NCBI GenBank assembly: GCA_050302275.1 | Contig: JBNLAT010000003.1 | Coordinates: 37,877 to 101,876 of the forward strand | DNA length: 64,000 nucleotides | Direction of reading: 5' to 3' | Source: Thiohalomonadaceae bacterium | Lineage (GTDB): Bacteria; Pseudomonadota; Gammaproteobacteria; Thiohalomonadales; Thiohalomonadaceae | Part shown: in pieces, positions 51,597-62,807 of the stretch | Numbering within the stretch: the stretch's first letter is position 1 | Layout: each line of letters starts with the position of its first letter | Translations under genes and position numbers: made by a program | The notes under the pieces: generated by a model | Seen by the model: the letters and a program-made list of their open reading frames with translations, nothing else | Told to the model about the DNA's origin: nothing | Database searches by the model: none

Positions 51597-53255
51597 TTAT
51601 TCATTACGATTCTTTTTGTAGTAGTTGATCAAACCGTTAGTCGAGGCATCGTGATCCTTGACCGGTTTGTCGTCATCCAGTTTCGGCAGAATATTTTTCG
51701 CCAGAATCTTACCCAGCTCCACACCCCACTGATCGAATGAATTGAGCCGCCAGATAATGCCCTCAACGAATATCTTGTGTTCATAGAGGGCAATCAATGA
51801 ACCGAGGGTATGGGGATTGAGTTTATGGAACAGAATCGAGTTACTCGGTTTGTTACCGGTAAAGATCGCATGCGGTAATAATTTTTCTAACGCCTTGCCT
51901 TTGTGGCCTGCTGCCTTCAACTGCTCCCGTGATTCATCTTCATTGCGTCCCAGCATCAATGCCTTGCTCTGAGCAAAGAAATTCGCCAACAGAATAGTGT
52001 GATGGTCGCCCAGAGGATTATGGGTTTCCACCGGCGCCATAAAGTCGATGGGGATCAGGTGTGTACCCTGATGGATAAGCTGGTAGAAAGCGTGTTGACC
52101 GTTAGTACCCGACTCACCCCAGATAATCGGCCCGGTCCTGTAACCGATGACATTACCATCGCGATCGATGCGCTTGCCGTTACTCTCCATATCCGCCTGT
52201 TGCAGGTAGGCGGTAAATCGATGCAGATATTGATCGTAGGGGAGTATTGCGTGCGTCTCGGCGCCAAAGAAGGAGCTGTACCAGACACCGAGCAGTCCCA
52301 TAATTATCGGCAGGTTGTGCTCCATAGGTGTGTGCAGAAAATGGCGATCCATTTCGTGGGCACCGTCCAGCAACTCTTCAAAGTTATCCATCCCCAGATA
52401 GAGGGCGATGGAGAGTCCAATCGCTGACCAGAGCGAATAGCGGCCGCCGACCCAATCCCAGAACTCGAACATATTCACGGGATCGATACCGAATTTTTTC
52501 ACCTCTTCGGTATTAGTCGAGACCGCGACAAAGTGTTTCGCCACCGCCGTCTCATCACGCAGATTTTCCACCAGCCAACGACGTGCAGTCTGCGCATTGG
52601 TCAGGGTCTCCTGGGTAGTGAAGGTTTTGGAGGAGACGATAAACAGGGTGGTCTCAGGATCGAGCTTACGAATCTGTTCGGCAACGTGCGTGCCATCCAC
52701 ATTGGAAACAAAGTGCACCTCAATATCGTCACGGGCATAGGGCTTGAGCGCCTCGGTCACCATGTACGGTCCCAGGTCGGAACCACCGATACCTATATTC
52801 ACCACGTCGGTAATCCGTTTACCGGTATGACCTTTCCATATCCCGGTATGCACCTTGATACAGAAGTGGCGCATCTGATCCAGCACCCGTCTGACCTCGG
52901 GCATCACATCTTTGCCATCCACCATAATCGGAATGTCGTCACGATTACGCAGCGCCATATGCAGCACCGCACGATCTTCGGTGAAGTTGATGTGCTCACC
53001 ACAGGACATGCGTGTCGCCCAACCGGCGACATCGGCCTCACGCGCCAGGTCGAAGAGCAGCTGCATGGTCTCTTCGCTAATGCGGTTCTTGGAATAATCG
53101 AGCAGAATATCGTTGAAGTGCGCCGAGAAACGTTCGAATCGCTGAGGATCGTTGGCAAACAGATCGCGCATGTGCACATCGCGCATCTTCTCGTAATGCG
53201 CCTGCAGGGCCTTCCAGGCCGGTGTCCTATCTGCCGTCTCCATGCTCTTACTCAT
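51597..53255 (-). CDS. pgi: glucose-6-phosphate isomerase
   Basis: 552 aa with PGI family blocks ([32 protein letters not shown]). Confidence 0.96.
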   Translation of the reverse strand: MSKSMETADRTPAWKALQAHYEKMRDVHMRDLFANDPQRFERFSAHFNDILLDYSKNRISEETMQLLFDLAREADVAGWATRMSCGEHINFTEDRAVLHMALRNRDDIPIMVDGKDVMPEVRRVLDQMRHFCIKVHTGIWKGHTGKRITDVVNIGIGGSDLGPYMVTEALKPYARDDIEVHFVSNVDGTHVAEQIRKLDPETTLFIVSSKTFTTQETLTNAQTARRWLVENLRDETAVAKHFVAVSTNTEEVKKFGIDPVNMFEFWDWVGGRYSLWSAIGLSIALYLGMDNFEELLDGAHEMDRHFLHTPMEHNLPIIMGLLGVWYSSFFGAETHAILPYDQYLHRFTAYLQQADMESNGKRIDRDGNVIGYRTGPIIWGESGTNGQHAFYQLIHQGTHLIPIDFMAPVETHNPLGDHHTILLANFFAQSKALMLGRNEDESREQLKAAGHKGKALEKLLPHAIFTGNKPSNSILFHKLNPHTLGSLIALYEHKIFVEGIIWRLNSFDQWGVELGKILAKNILPKLDDDKPVKDHDASTNGLINYYKKNRNE

Positions 53256-53349
53256 TCCTGCTCCACCTTTGATTTCGACGCATTTAGTTAGCTATTAACG
53301 AATTTTTTGCGCAGCGCGCATCATACCGTGTGAATCGCAGAGGTCCAGT

Positions 53350-54831
53350 TTACTCGTCCAGTATCTCCGGACTATTACGCCAGTACTGGTCTTCACGATC
53401 GAATAATCGATTCGATGCCTCCGGTCCCCAGCTACCTGCACTGTAGGTATGGATAAACTCCCGCTCGGTCGACCAGACCTGAAGAATCGGGTCGACTACC
53501 TTCCACGCCCAGGAGACCTCATCGGCACGCAGGAACAGCGAACTGTCGCCTTCGATTACATCGAGTAATAACGCCTCATAGGCATCCAGATTGAGATAGG
53601 GAATCCCCGTAGTTGTTGCATCGAGGGCAGTTGTCTGGGTGCGCATCTCCAGCCCGGGCACCTTCACCTGCATCTCCGCACGCAGACATTCATCGGGCTG
53701 AATCCCAAGCACCAACCAGTTAGGCTTAATCTGATCCAGCTGGGTTTCACGAAACAGTTGCTGTGGCGGATGCTTGAAGCGAATACAGATCATCGAGCTG
53801 TTACGCTTCATCCGCTTACCAGTGCGAATATAGAACGGCACATTGCGCCAGCGCCAGTTATCGATATAGAGCTTGAGCGCGGCATAGGTTTCCGTCGTGC
53901 TATTGGAGGCGACATACTCCTCTTCCAGATAGCCGGGCACTGTTTTGCCATCGATCATTCCTGCCTTGTACTGGGCACGAAAAGCCTGTGCATGGACCGC
54001 GCTATGCGGAATCGGACGAATCGATTTCAGCACCTTTACTTTTTCATCGCGTAGCGAATCGGCATCGAGTCGTGCAGGCGGCTCCATAGCCACCATGGTC
54101 AGCATCTGTAATAGATGGCTTTGCAACATATCGCGTAAGGCACCTGCGCTGTCGTAATACTTAGCGCGCAGCTCGATACCCTGATCTTCAGCATGGGTGA
54201 TCTGTACGTGATCGATATAATTGCGATTCCACAACGGCTCCATCATCAGGTTGGCAAAACGAAACACCAGCACATTCTGTACCGTGCCCTTGCCCAGGTA
54301 GTGATCAATACGGAATAACTGCTCTTCACGGAAACTGCGATGCAGTTGCTGCTCCAGCATCTGCGCACTCTCCAGGTCATAACCGAAAGGTTTCTCGATT
54401 ACCACCCGACTCCAGCCATGCTCTTCCTGATTGAGCCCGGCCGCCGTCAGCTGCGCCGCGACCTCACCAAATTCTGCAGGGCTGATCGCCAGATAGAAGA
54501 TGTGATTGGGATGGTACTGTTCCTGTTCGAGAAAAGTCGCCAGACGTGTATAGGATTCCGGTTTATCCAGATCGCCTTTAAAGTAATCGAGACGTTTGGC
54601 AAAACGATCGAACACATCCTGATCCAGACCATTACGCGCCTTGGGCGAAAGAAACTTGGCCACCTCCTGACGCAACTTCTCGTTGTCCCAGTCGCGACGG
54701 GCCACACCGATAATGCGTACCGATTCATGCAAATGGCCCGCCTGCTCCAGATGGTAGAGTGCGGGAAAGAGTTTGTTGCGCGACAGATTGCCGGTCACGC
54801 CGAAGATGACAAAAGTACAGGGGTCGCTCAT
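53350..54831 (-). CDS. zwf: glucose-6-phosphate 1-dehydrogenase
   Basis: 493 aa with [12 protein letters not shown] (NADP site) and the RIDHYLGK active-site motif. Confidence 0.96.
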   Translation of the reverse strand: MSDPCTFVIFGVTGNLSRNKLFPALYHLEQAGHLHESVRIIGVARRDWDNEKLRQEVAKFLSPKARNGLDQDVFDRFAKRLDYFKGDLDKPESYTRLATFLEQEQYHPNHIFYLAISPAEFGEVAAQLTAAGLNQEEHGWSRVVIEKPFGYDLESAQMLEQQLHRSFREEQLFRIDHYLGKGTVQNVLVFRFANLMMEPLWNRNYIDHVQITHAEDQGIELRAKYYDSAGALRDMLQSHLLQMLTMVAMEPPARLDADSLRDEKVKVLKSIRPIPHSAVHAQAFRAQYKAGMIDGKTVPGYLEEEYVASNSTTETYAALKLYIDNWRWRNVPFYIRTGKRMKRNSSMICIRFKHPPQQLFRETQLDQIKPNWLVLGIQPDECLRAEMQVKVPGLEMRTQTTALDATTTGIPYLNLDAYEALLLDVIEGDSSLFLRADEVSWAWKVVDPILQVWSTEREFIHTYSAGSWGPEASNRLFDREDQYWRNSPEILDE

Positions 54832-54847
54832 TCGTTGTCTTTCCTTG

Positions 54848-55759
54848 TTACTTCTTCTTAATCACAGCATGACCACCGAAGGCGTTGCGCATCACCGAAA
54901 GCAGGCGCGCCTGATAACCTTCACTATCCTGACTGGCGAAACGCGCCTGCAACGCCAGGGTAATCACCGGCAGGGAAACTCCCTGCTCCACCGCCTCAAG
55001 TACCGTCCAGCGACCTTCGCCCGAGTCGGGAACGACAGGGGCGATGGCATCCATGTCCGGCTGCTCGGCCAATGACTCGGCGATCAGATCCAGCAACCAA
55101 CTGCGTACCACCGAACCGTAACGCCATATTTCGGACACCGTTGCCAGATCGAGATCGAACTCCTGTTTGCTACGCAACAGATCGAAACCCTCGGCAAAGG
55201 CCTGCATCATGCCGTACTCGATACCGTTGTGGACCATCTTGGTGAAGTGCCCCGAACCGATCGGCCCCATTCGTGCCCAACCTTTATCTTCGGCTGGCGC
55301 CAATGCTTTGAGTACCGGCTCCAGTTTGCCCACATCCGCTTCGCTGCCGCCGACCATCATGCAGTAGCCATTGTCCAGACCCCACACCCCGCCCGAGGTT
55401 CCGGCATCAATAAAACCGATGTTGTGAGTCGCCAGTTCCCTACCACGGCGCTGACTGTCCTGATAGTTGGCATTACCGCCATCGACCACGATGTCACCGG
55501 CATCAAGCATGGGGATCAATTCATGCAGGGACGACTCGGTGGCACTACCGGCAGGCAGCATCAACCAGACGATGCGTGGTGTCGGCAGTTGCTTCACCGC
55601 ATCAGCCAACGAGGTCGCGCCAAGCATGCCCTCCTCGCCTTTGAGAGTTTCGACAATTTCAGGCGAACGGTTGTAACCGACTACCTCTATCCCCTTGCGT
55701 AACAGACGACGAGCCATGTTGCCGCCCATTTTTCCCAGGCCAATGATGGCGATACGCAT
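54848..55759 (-). CDS. gnd: 6-phosphogluconate dehydrogenase, decarboxylating (short GndA-like form)
   Basis: 303 aa with Rossmann motif [11 protein letters not shown] and [14 protein letters not shown]. Confidence 0.9.
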   Translation of the reverse strand: MRIAIIGLGKMGGNMARRLLRKGIEVVGYNRSPEIVETLKGEEGMLGATSLADAVKQLPTPRIVWLMLPAGSATESSLHELIPMLDAGDIVVDGGNANYQDSQRRGRELATHNIGFIDAGTSGGVWGLDNGYCMMVGGSEADVGKLEPVLKALAPAEDKGWARMGPIGSGHFTKMVHNGIEYGMMQAFAEGFDLLRSKQEFDLDLATVSEIWRYGSVVRSWLLDLIAESLAEQPDMDAIAPVVPDSGEGRWTVLEAVEQGVSLPVITLALQARFASQDSEGYQARLLSVMRNAFGGHAVIKKK

Positions 55760-55963
55760 CGAATCCCTCCCTAAAACTAGTTAATTAGTGGTAATAGCAT
55801 GCACCCTTGAATACCTGCTCTACCATAGGCATTTCAGCTATGAGGTAATAACTGCTTATACGGAAACAGTTACAACTTTAGCTGTTTGTCACCAACATGC
55901 ATTAGTGTCACTATCGCGCGCTATTGTTTCAAACATGATGAATCGGCAACTCAAACACGCAAT

Positions 55964-57421
55964 ATGACCCGTATCCTCTTCGCCAGCAGTGAAGCTGCGC
56001 CGCTGATCAAGACAGGAGGCCTGGCCGACGTCAGCGGCAGCCTGCCTGCGGCCCTGCACGGGCTGGGCGAGGACATTCGCCTGCTCCTGCCCGCTTACCC
56101 GCAGGCGCTGGAGCGAGTCGGCAAAACCCGAGTTGCCGCCCGTTTCCGTATCGACGGTAATCCATTGCGCCTGCTTGAGGGCCAGATGCCCGACAGTGGC
56201 GTGACCGTCTGGTTACTCGACTCGCCCGGACACTTTGACCGTGAAGGCAACCCCTACGTCGAAGCAAAGGGCAAGGACTGGCCCGATAACGCCGAACGTT
56301 TCATTCTCTTCTCCAAAGCGGTCGCCGGGATCGCCATGGGCCAGGGGCGCCTCGACTGGCGACCCGATGTGGTTCACTGCAACGACTGGCAGACCGGTTT
56401 GGTCGCCGCCCTGCTGGATGGAAAGGCAGATCGGCCTGCGACTATCTTCTCCATCCACAACCTTGCCTATCAGGGCCGCTTCCCCGCCAAAGCCTTCGAC
56501 CAGGCAAAGCTGCCGACACGACTCTGGGACTACACCGGCCTGGAATACTTTGGCGACCTGTCACTAATCAAGGGTGGTCTGGCCTACGCCGACCGTATCA
56601 CCACCGTCAGCCCCACCTATGCCAGCGAGATCTGCACGCCGCTGGGCGGGCATGGCATGGACAGCCTGCTCAGCTACCGTCGTGGACGGCTCAGCGGCAT
56701 CCTTAACGGCGTCGACTACACCATCTGGGACCCGAGCGTCGACTCACTGCTACCCGCCAACTACAGCGCCAGCAAACCCGCAGGCAAAAAGGCTAACAAA
56801 GATACCCTGCAGAAACGGCTGCACCTGCCGCAACAGCCAGACGTACCACTATTTGGTTTAGTGAGTCGGTTTGCCGAACAGAAGGGTATTGATCTGGTAC
56901 TGGAGGCGGTGCCTGCACTACTCAAGCATGATGTACAAATTGTGTTGCTTGGTAGCGGCGACAGTGAACTGGAGCAGGCGGCGCGGACATTGGCAAAGAA
57001 ATTCCCGCAACAGGTGGCGGCCAACATTGGCTACGACGAAGGACTGGCCCATCTAATCGAAGCGGGCTCCGACTTCTTTCTCATGCCCTCCCGCTTCGAA
57101 CCCTGTGGCCTCAACCAGCTCTACAGCCTGCGTTATGGCACCCTGCCCATCGTACGACGGACCGGTGGACTGGCCGATACCGTGGTCCACAGCGATAAGC
57201 AGAGCCTGGCAAACGGCAGCGCCACCGGCTTTGTCTTCGAATACCCCACCGCCGACGGCCTGCTCTGGGCCTGCGAACAGGCACTCGCCTGCTATGCTAA
57301 AACCTCCTGCCGTAACAAGGTGATGAAAAATGCCATGGCGCAGGACTTCAGCTGGGACAGGAGCGCCCAACAATACCTGGAGGTTTACCGCCAGGCCATA
57401 CAGGACGCCCACCCCGCCTGA
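55964..57421 (+). CDS. glgA: glycogen synthase (ADP-glucose type, GT5)
   Basis: Start at MTRILFASSEAAPLIKTGGLADV (KTGGL motif). The track ORF begins upstream at 55886. Confidence 0.95.
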   Translation: MTRILFASSEAAPLIKTGGLADVSGSLPAALHGLGEDIRLLLPAYPQALERVGKTRVAARFRIDGNPLRLLEGQMPDSGVTVWLLDSPGHFDREGNPYVEAKGKDWPDNAERFILFSKAVAGIAMGQGRLDWRPDVVHCNDWQTGLVAALLDGKADRPATIFSIHNLAYQGRFPAKAFDQAKLPTRLWDYTGLEYFGDLSLIKGGLAYADRITTVSPTYASEICTPLGGHGMDSLLSYRRGRLSGILNGVDYTIWDPSVDSLLPANYSASKPAGKKANKDTLQKRLHLPQQPDVPLFGLVSRFAEQKGIDLVLEAVPALLKHDVQIVLLGSGDSELEQAARTLAKKFPQQVAANIGYDEGLAHLIEAGSDFFLMPSRFEPCGLNQLYSLRYGTLPIVRRTGGLADTVVHSDKQSLANGSATGFVFEYPTADGLLWACEQALACYAKTSCRNKVMKNAMAQDFSWDRSAQQYLEVYRQAIQDAHPA

Positions 57422-57423
57422 CG

Positions 57424-57453
57424 TTCGCAGCGCGGCCTCAAGCAAGGTATAAT
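57424..57453 (+). promoter_or_regulatory. candidate sigma70 promoter of ppc
   Basis: TTCGCA (57424-57429), 18-nt spacer, TATAAT (57448-57453), ~85 nt upstream of the ppc ATG. Confidence 0.35.
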
Positions 57454-57536
57454 GCGCCGCTTTGTGTGAACCGGCTCACATAAAATATAACTAGAGTCGG
57501 CATCTAACTAACTGAATTCCAAGGTGTAATTCTCGT

Positions 57537-60329
57537 ATGGCGGTAATCGGCGACAAGACGCTACGTGCGCGGGTCAAACTCTTCGGCAACCTGCTGGGCG
57601 AGGTCATTCGTGACCAGGCTGGCGGCAATATTCTTGATGCCGTGGAGACCCTGCGCCGTGGTTACATCAGCCTGCGCAAAAAGGACAATCCGGCCAAGCG
57701 CCGCCGCCTGACCCGTTTCATCGAAGAACTGGACGCCGATACCCTCAACCACGTGGTGCGCGCCTTCAGCCTCTACTTCAGCCTGGTCAATATCGCCGAG
57801 GAATCCTTCCAGCACCGCCAGCGTCGTGTACTGGTCCGAAGCGGCGGCCCGCTCTGGACAGGTTCGTTCGACTCAGTACTACGCGAGTTCCATCAGCAGG
57901 GCGTCGGCCCGGATCGCATCGGTGAAGTGCTTGAGCAGATGGCCTTTATCCCGGTGCTTACCGCCCACCCCACCGAGGCAAAACGCCGCACCGTGATGGA
58001 GAACCAGCGGCGCATCTTCATCACAGCTGAACAGCTCAATGACCCACGCCTCGGCCGTGAGGAGCGGGAGATCCTCATCGATCAGCTACGCAGCGAGATC
58101 CAGATCCTCTGGCGCACCGATGAAGTCCGTGCGGTACGCCCCTCGGTACGTGACGAGATCAAGAACGGCCTGTTCTACTTCCGCGAGAGCCTGTTCGAGG
58201 CGGTACCGCAGGTCTATCGCAATGCGGAAAAGGCGATTCATCGCATCTACGGCAGCGATGTGGAGATCACCTCCCCGCCCTTCATCAAATTCGGTTCATG
58301 GATCGGTGGTGACCGTGACGGCAATCCCTTTGTCACCCCGGAAACTACCGCAATGGCGATACGCCTGCAGCACCGTGAAGTGCTGCGCGAATACCTGCGC
58401 AAAGTCACCGACCTGGGCCATGTCCTGACCCATTCATCGCGACTCTATCAGCCCAGCGAGGCCTTTAGTGCTGGACTGGAGCGCGATGAGGCCGCCTACC
58501 CCGATGCCTTCGTCGACAAGGCCGAGCGCTTCCGCACCGAACCCTATCGGCGCAAGCTCTACTTCATGCGCTACCGCCTGCGGGAGAACCTGCGTTTGGT
58601 CGAGGCCAACATGGCGGGCAAGGACAACAGCCTGTTCCCTGCCGCCTATCGCACCGAGCAGGAGTTTCTCACCGACCTGCTGCAGATCCGCCAGTCGCTG
58701 ATCGGCCACGGTGACAGTGCTATCGCCCATAGTGCACTGCAGGATCTGATCTGGCAGGTGGAGACCTTCGGCTTCTATTTGATGAAACTCGATCTGCGCC
58801 AGGAGTCGACACGCCACAGCGAAGCGGTAGCCGAGATCCTCGCCTCGCTGGAAGAACCGCTCAGCTATAACGAACTCAGCGAAGAGCAACGCCTGACCCT
58901 GCTGGCCGACCTGATTGGCCGCAGCGAACCACTGCCCATCGATCGCAGCGCCATCGGCGAGCGCACCCGCGAAACCCTCGAGGTGTTCGAGGTGATGGCG
59001 CGGATGCGTAAGGAGATCAGCGTCAACGCCTTCGGCAACTACGTCATCTCCATGACCCACGCCGCCAGCCATATCCTTGAGGTCATGCTGCTGGCGCGTC
59101 AGGCGGCACTGATCGGACGTATCGGCGACCAGTGGTATTGCGATATCAGCATCAGCCCGCTGTTCGAGACCATCGAAGATCTGGAACACATCGCCCCGGT
59201 GATGACCCAGCTACTCGACACCCCGATCTACAAAACCCTGCTCGAGGTTTCCGGCAACACCCAGGAGGTGATGCTGGGCTACTCCGACTCGTGCAAGGAC
59301 GGCGGCATCCTCGCCTCCTCCTGGAATCTCTATCAGGCACAGAAACAGATCGCCGACCTGGCTGCCCATCGAGGCGTCAACCTGCGCCTGTTCCACGGCC
59401 GCGGTGGCACCATCGGCCGTGGCGGCGGCCCGACCCATGAGGCGATCCTGTCCCAGCCAGAAGGCACCGTACACGGCCAGATCAAATTCACCGAACAGGG
59501 TGAAGTGCTGTCCAATAAGTACAGCAACCTGGAAACTGCGGTCTACGAACTGACCATGGGCGTCTCCGGTCTGCTCAAGGCGAGCCGTAGTCTGATCATC
59601 CCGCCGGGCAAGGATAACGAGGAGTACCTCGGCATCATGCAGCAGCTGGCGACGAACGGTGAGCAGGTCTACCGCGAGCTGACCGACAACACCCCCGGCT
59701 TCCTCGACTACTTCTACGAGGCGACACCGGTTAGCGAGATCGCGCTGATGAATATCGGCTCCCGCCCCTCCCATCGCAAGAAGGGCGATCGCTCCAAATC
59801 CTCGGTGCGGGCCATCGCCTGGGTCTTCGGCTGGGCGCAGTCGCGCCACACCATTCCCGCCTGGTACGGCATCGGCAGTGCGTTGAAGTTATGGCTGGAC
59901 GGAAAACCCGATGGGATGAAGAAGCTGCAGGAGATGTACCGCGCCTGGCCCTTCTTCCGCGCCCTGCTGAGCAACACCCAGATGTCCCTGTTCAAGGCAG
60001 AGATGGGTATTGCCGAGGAGTACGCCGAACTGGCGCACAACCAGCAACAGGCACAGGTGGTCTATAAACGCATCAGCAACGAGCACCGCGACACCACCGA
60101 TAACGTACTCGAAGTGGCGCAACTGGGCAGCCTGCTGGAGGAGACCCCGGTACTGGCCCTGTCGCTGACCCGCCGCAATCCCTATCTGGACCCGCTCAAC
60201 CACGTCCAGATCACCCTGCTCAAGCGTTATCGCAATGAGGGGCTGGATGAGGAAACCCGACAACTCTGGCTGGAACCGCTGTTGCGCTCGATTAATGCGA
60301 TTGCCACAGGGATGCGTAACACGGGTTAA
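57537..60329 (+). CDS. ppc: phosphoenolpyruvate carboxylase
   Basis: 930 aa with VLTAHPTE, VMLGYSDSCKDGG, FHGRGGTIGRGGGP and the canonical C-terminus TGMRNTG. Confidence 0.97.
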   Translation: MAVIGDKTLRARVKLFGNLLGEVIRDQAGGNILDAVETLRRGYISLRKKDNPAKRRRLTRFIEELDADTLNHVVRAFSLYFSLVNIAEESFQHRQRRVLVRSGGPLWTGSFDSVLREFHQQGVGPDRIGEVLEQMAFIPVLTAHPTEAKRRTVMENQRRIFITAEQLNDPRLGREEREILIDQLRSEIQILWRTDEVRAVRPSVRDEIKNGLFYFRESLFEAVPQVYRNAEKAIHRIYGSDVEITSPPFIKFGSWIGGDRDGNPFVTPETTAMAIRLQHREVLREYLRKVTDLGHVLTHSSRLYQPSEAFSAGLERDEAAYPDAFVDKAERFRTEPYRRKLYFMRYRLRENLRLVEANMAGKDNSLFPAAYRTEQEFLTDLLQIRQSLIGHGDSAIAHSALQDLIWQVETFGFYLMKLDLRQESTRHSEAVAEILASLEEPLSYNELSEEQRLTLLADLIGRSEPLPIDRSAIGERTRETLEVFEVMARMRKEISVNAFGNYVISMTHAASHILEVMLLARQAALIGRIGDQWYCDISISPLFETIEDLEHIAPVMTQLLDTPIYKTLLEVSGNTQEVMLGYSDSCKDGGILASSWNLYQAQKQIADLAAHRGVNLRLFHGRGGTIGRGGGPTHEAILSQPEGTVHGQIKFTEQGEVLSNKYSNLETAVYELTMGVSGLLKASRSLIIPPGKDNEEYLGIMQQLATNGEQVYRELTDNTPGFLDYFYEATPVSEIALMNIGSRPSHRKKGDRSKSSVRAIAWVFGWAQSRHTIPAWYGIGSALKLWLDGKPDGMKKLQEMYRAWPFFRALLSNTQMSLFKAEMGIAEEYAELAHNQQQAQVVYKRISNEHRDTTDNVLEVAQLGSLLEETPVLALSLTRRNPYLDPLNHVQITLLKRYRNEGLDEETRQLWLEPLLRSINAIATGMRNTG

Positions 60330-60424
60330 AAAAAGGTCACGAATCGTCTCTGGAAAAGCCCAAGGAGCGGACTATATTTTTATTCGTCCAGTGGGTCGGG
60401 TAATCACCGTAGACGAGGAAAACC

Positions 60425-60628
60425 ATGCATATCCAGACTATTCGCAGCATCGCCAAAGAGCGCGGCATCAAGGCCGGGCGTATGACCAAGGCGGAGATGA
60501 TCCGCACCATTCAGCGCACCGAGGGTAATTTCGACTGTTTTGGCAGTGCTGTCGATGGTTACTGTGACCAGCAGCAATGCAATTGGCGCGAAGACTGCCT
60601 CGGCAGCAGCACCAAAGCGAAGTCCTGA
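60425..60628 (+). CDS. small Rho_N/SAP-like helix-hairpin + 4-Cys protein
   Basis: 67 aa. N-terminus IRSIAKERGIKAGRMTKAEMIRTIQ resembles Rho-N/SAP motifs. C-terminal Cys spacing is C-x8-C-x4-C-x5-C. GAGGA SD, with a strong terminator downstream. Confidence 0.65.
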   Translation: MHIQTIRSIAKERGIKAGRMTKAEMIRTIQRTEGNFDCFGSAVDGYCDQQQCNWREDCLGSSTKAKS

Positions 60629-60633
60629 ACAAT

Positions 60634-60660
60634 AAAAAACCGGCCAATGGCCGGTTTTTT
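60634..60660. terminator. bidirectional Rho-independent terminator
   Basis: A6-CCGGCC-AAT-GGCCGG-T6, between the convergent small gene and panD. Confidence 0.7.
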
Positions 60661-60687
60661 ATCGTTAATTCAGCGTGTTACCTCTAA

Positions 60688-61068
60688 TCAGGCAGCCTGT
60701 ACCGGAATGGTATTGCCGGTACGAATCACCTCATTATTCTCACCCAGGTAGACCAGGGTCGGCTTGAAACGAGCCAGCTCCTGCTGATCCAGCGCCACAT
60801 AGGCACAGATGATGATCACGTCGCCGGGATTGGCCTTATGGGCCGCGGCGCCGTTCACCGAGATCACACCTGAACCCTCTTCGGCGCGAATCGCATAGGT
60901 GGTGAAACGCTCACCATTGGTGACATTGTAAATCTCGATCTGCTCGTATTCCCGAATCCCTGAGAGCTCCAGCAGCTTGCCGTCAATGGCGCAGGAACCC
61001 TCATACTCCAGTTCGGAGTGGGTGACCCGAGCGCGGTGCAGTTTGGCTTTCAGCATGGTGCAAAACAT
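60688..61068 (-). CDS. panD: aspartate 1-decarboxylase
   Basis: [30 protein letters not shown] aligns with the E. coli PanD N-terminus, including the Gly-Ser self-cleavage site. The track ORF starts 4 codons earlier. Confidence 0.94.
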   Translation of the reverse strand: MFCTMLKAKLHRARVTHSELEYEGSCAIDGKLLELSGIREYEQIEIYNVTNGERFTTYAIRAEEGSGVISVNGAAAHKANPGDVIIICAYVALDQQELARFKPTLVYLGENNEVIRTGNTIPVQAA

Positions 61069-61150
61069 GTCTGTCAGCATCCTCAGTGTTGTTACATCAG
61101 GTAATTATGCGTGCATCATCCCGCAGGATTCAATGCAGGCGCGAAGCTTA

Positions 61151-61999
61151 TCATAAATTGATCAACAAGTTATCAATCAATCTGGCACGTCCCAGCCACG
61201 CCGCAGCCAGAATCACCAGCGACACTTCTCCTCCCTGAGGTGGCAGCAAGTCATCGGCACGGCGTATCTCCAGATAATCGGGGCGGAAACCGGCCTTTTC
61301 CAGCGCCGCCGCGCCTTCGCGCTGCAGCAGTAAGTAGTCGCTCTCGCCAGCACGCAAGCGTTGCGCCATCTCCTGCAGGGTGCGGTAGAGCGCCGGGGCA
61401 CTCTCCCGTTCCGCCTCGGTCAGGTAGCCGTTGCGTGAACTCATTGCCAGACCATCAGACTCACGCATGGTCGGCACACCGATCATCTCCACCGGAATAT
61501 CCAACTCGTTCACCATGCGCCGCAACACCGCCAGTTGCTGGAAGTCCTTCTCGCCGAAACAGGCGACATCGGGCTGGACGATATTGAACAACTTACACAC
61601 CACGGTGGCGACACCGCGGAAATGGCCGGGGCGACTGGCACCGCAGAGCAGATCGGAGATCCCGGGCACCTCGACAAAGGTGAGCCCGTCACGACCACGG
61701 GGATAGATTTCCGCCTCTTCGGGCAGAAACAGCATATCCACGCCCGCCTCAACCAGATGAGCCGCATCCTCTTCCGGGGTGCGGGGATAGGCGGAGAGAT
61801 CCTCCCCAGCACTGAACTGCAACGGGTTGACGAAAATACTCACCACCACCCGATCGGCCAGTTCCCGGGCACGGGCTACCAGGCTCAGGTGCCCGGCATG
61901 CAGGTTGCCCATGGTGGGAACGAAGGCGACCCGCTCCCCGGCAAGCTGCCAGGCGCGAACCTGCTCACGTACGCCATTGATGGTGCGCTGGATCTGCAT
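61151..61999 (-). CDS. panC: pantoate--beta-alanine ligase
   Basis: 282 aa with the [13 protein letters not shown] motif. Confidence 0.96.
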   Translation of the reverse strand: MQIQRTINGVREQVRAWQLAGERVAFVPTMGNLHAGHLSLVARARELADRVVVSIFVNPLQFSAGEDLSAYPRTPEEDAAHLVEAGVDMLFLPEEAEIYPRGRDGLTFVEVPGISDLLCGASRPGHFRGVATVVCKLFNIVQPDVACFGEKDFQQLAVLRRMVNELDIPVEMIGVPTMRESDGLAMSSRNGYLTEAERESAPALYRTLQEMAQRLRAGESDYLLLQREGAAALEKAGFRPDYLEIRRADDLLPPQGGEVSLVILAAAWLGRARLIDNLLINL

Positions 62000-62002
62000 G
62001 GT

Positions 62003-62800
62003 TTAGTCGAAGCTGTGGGACGGGGACGGGAAAGTGCCATTTTTGACCTGCTCGACGTAGGCAGCCAGTGCCTTCTCGACAGAACCGCTGTCGCCGAGGA
62101 AATCATGAACAAAGGAGGGACGTTTACCAGGGGTGATGCCGAGCATGTCGTAGAGCACCAGCACCTGACCATCGGTACCCGGTCCGGCACCGATACCGAT
62201 CACCGGCATCGAAACCGCCTCGCTGATCTGTTTGGCCAGCGTCTGGGGGACACACTCCAACACCAGCATGTCGGCGCCCGCCTCTTCCAGGGCACGGGCA
62301 TCGGCCAGGATCACCTCGGCATCGCTAGCCTCACGCCCCTGAATTTTGTAGCCACCGACCTTGTGCACAGACTGGGGTAACAGGCCCAGATGGGCACAGA
62401 CGGGTACGCTGAGAGCACTCAGTTGGCGCACCGTTTCCACCATCACTACGCCCCCTTCCAGCTTGACCATTTGCGCCCCGCCTTCCTTCATTAGACGGGC
62501 GGCAGTGGCAATCGCCAGCTCAGGCGTTGCATAGCTTAAAAATGGCATATCGGCGATGATAAACGCACGTTCACTGCCGTTAGTAACAATTTTCGTGTGA
62601 TAGACCATCTCATCCACGGAGACCGGAACGGTACTGTCACGTCCCTGTACCACGTTACCCAAAGAGTCGCCTACCAGCAGGACCTCAACCCCGGCATCTT
62701 CGATGCGACGGGCGAAACTGGCGTCATAGGCGGTCAGGACGGCGATCTTCTCACCTTCCTGTTTCATTCGGCGCAGGGTGCTCAGGCTGATTCGTGACAT
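62003..62800 (-). CDS. panB: 3-methyl-2-oxobutanoate hydroxymethyltransferase
   Basis: Start at MSRISLSTLRRMKQEGEKIAVLTAYD (ATG at 62800). The track ORF extends to 62893. Confidence 0.94.
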   Translation of the reverse strand: MSRISLSTLRRMKQEGEKIAVLTAYDASFARRIEDAGVEVLLVGDSLGNVVQGRDSTVPVSVDEMVYHTKIVTNGSERAFIIADMPFLSYATPELAIATAARLMKEGGAQMVKLEGGVVMVETVRQLSALSVPVCAHLGLLPQSVHKVGGYKIQGREASDAEVILADARALEEAGADMLVLECVPQTLAKQISEAVSMPVIGIGAGPGTDGQVLVLYDMLGITPGKRPSFVHDFLGDSGSVEKALAAYVEQVKNGTFPSPSHSFD

Positions 62801-62807
62801 GGCATTC

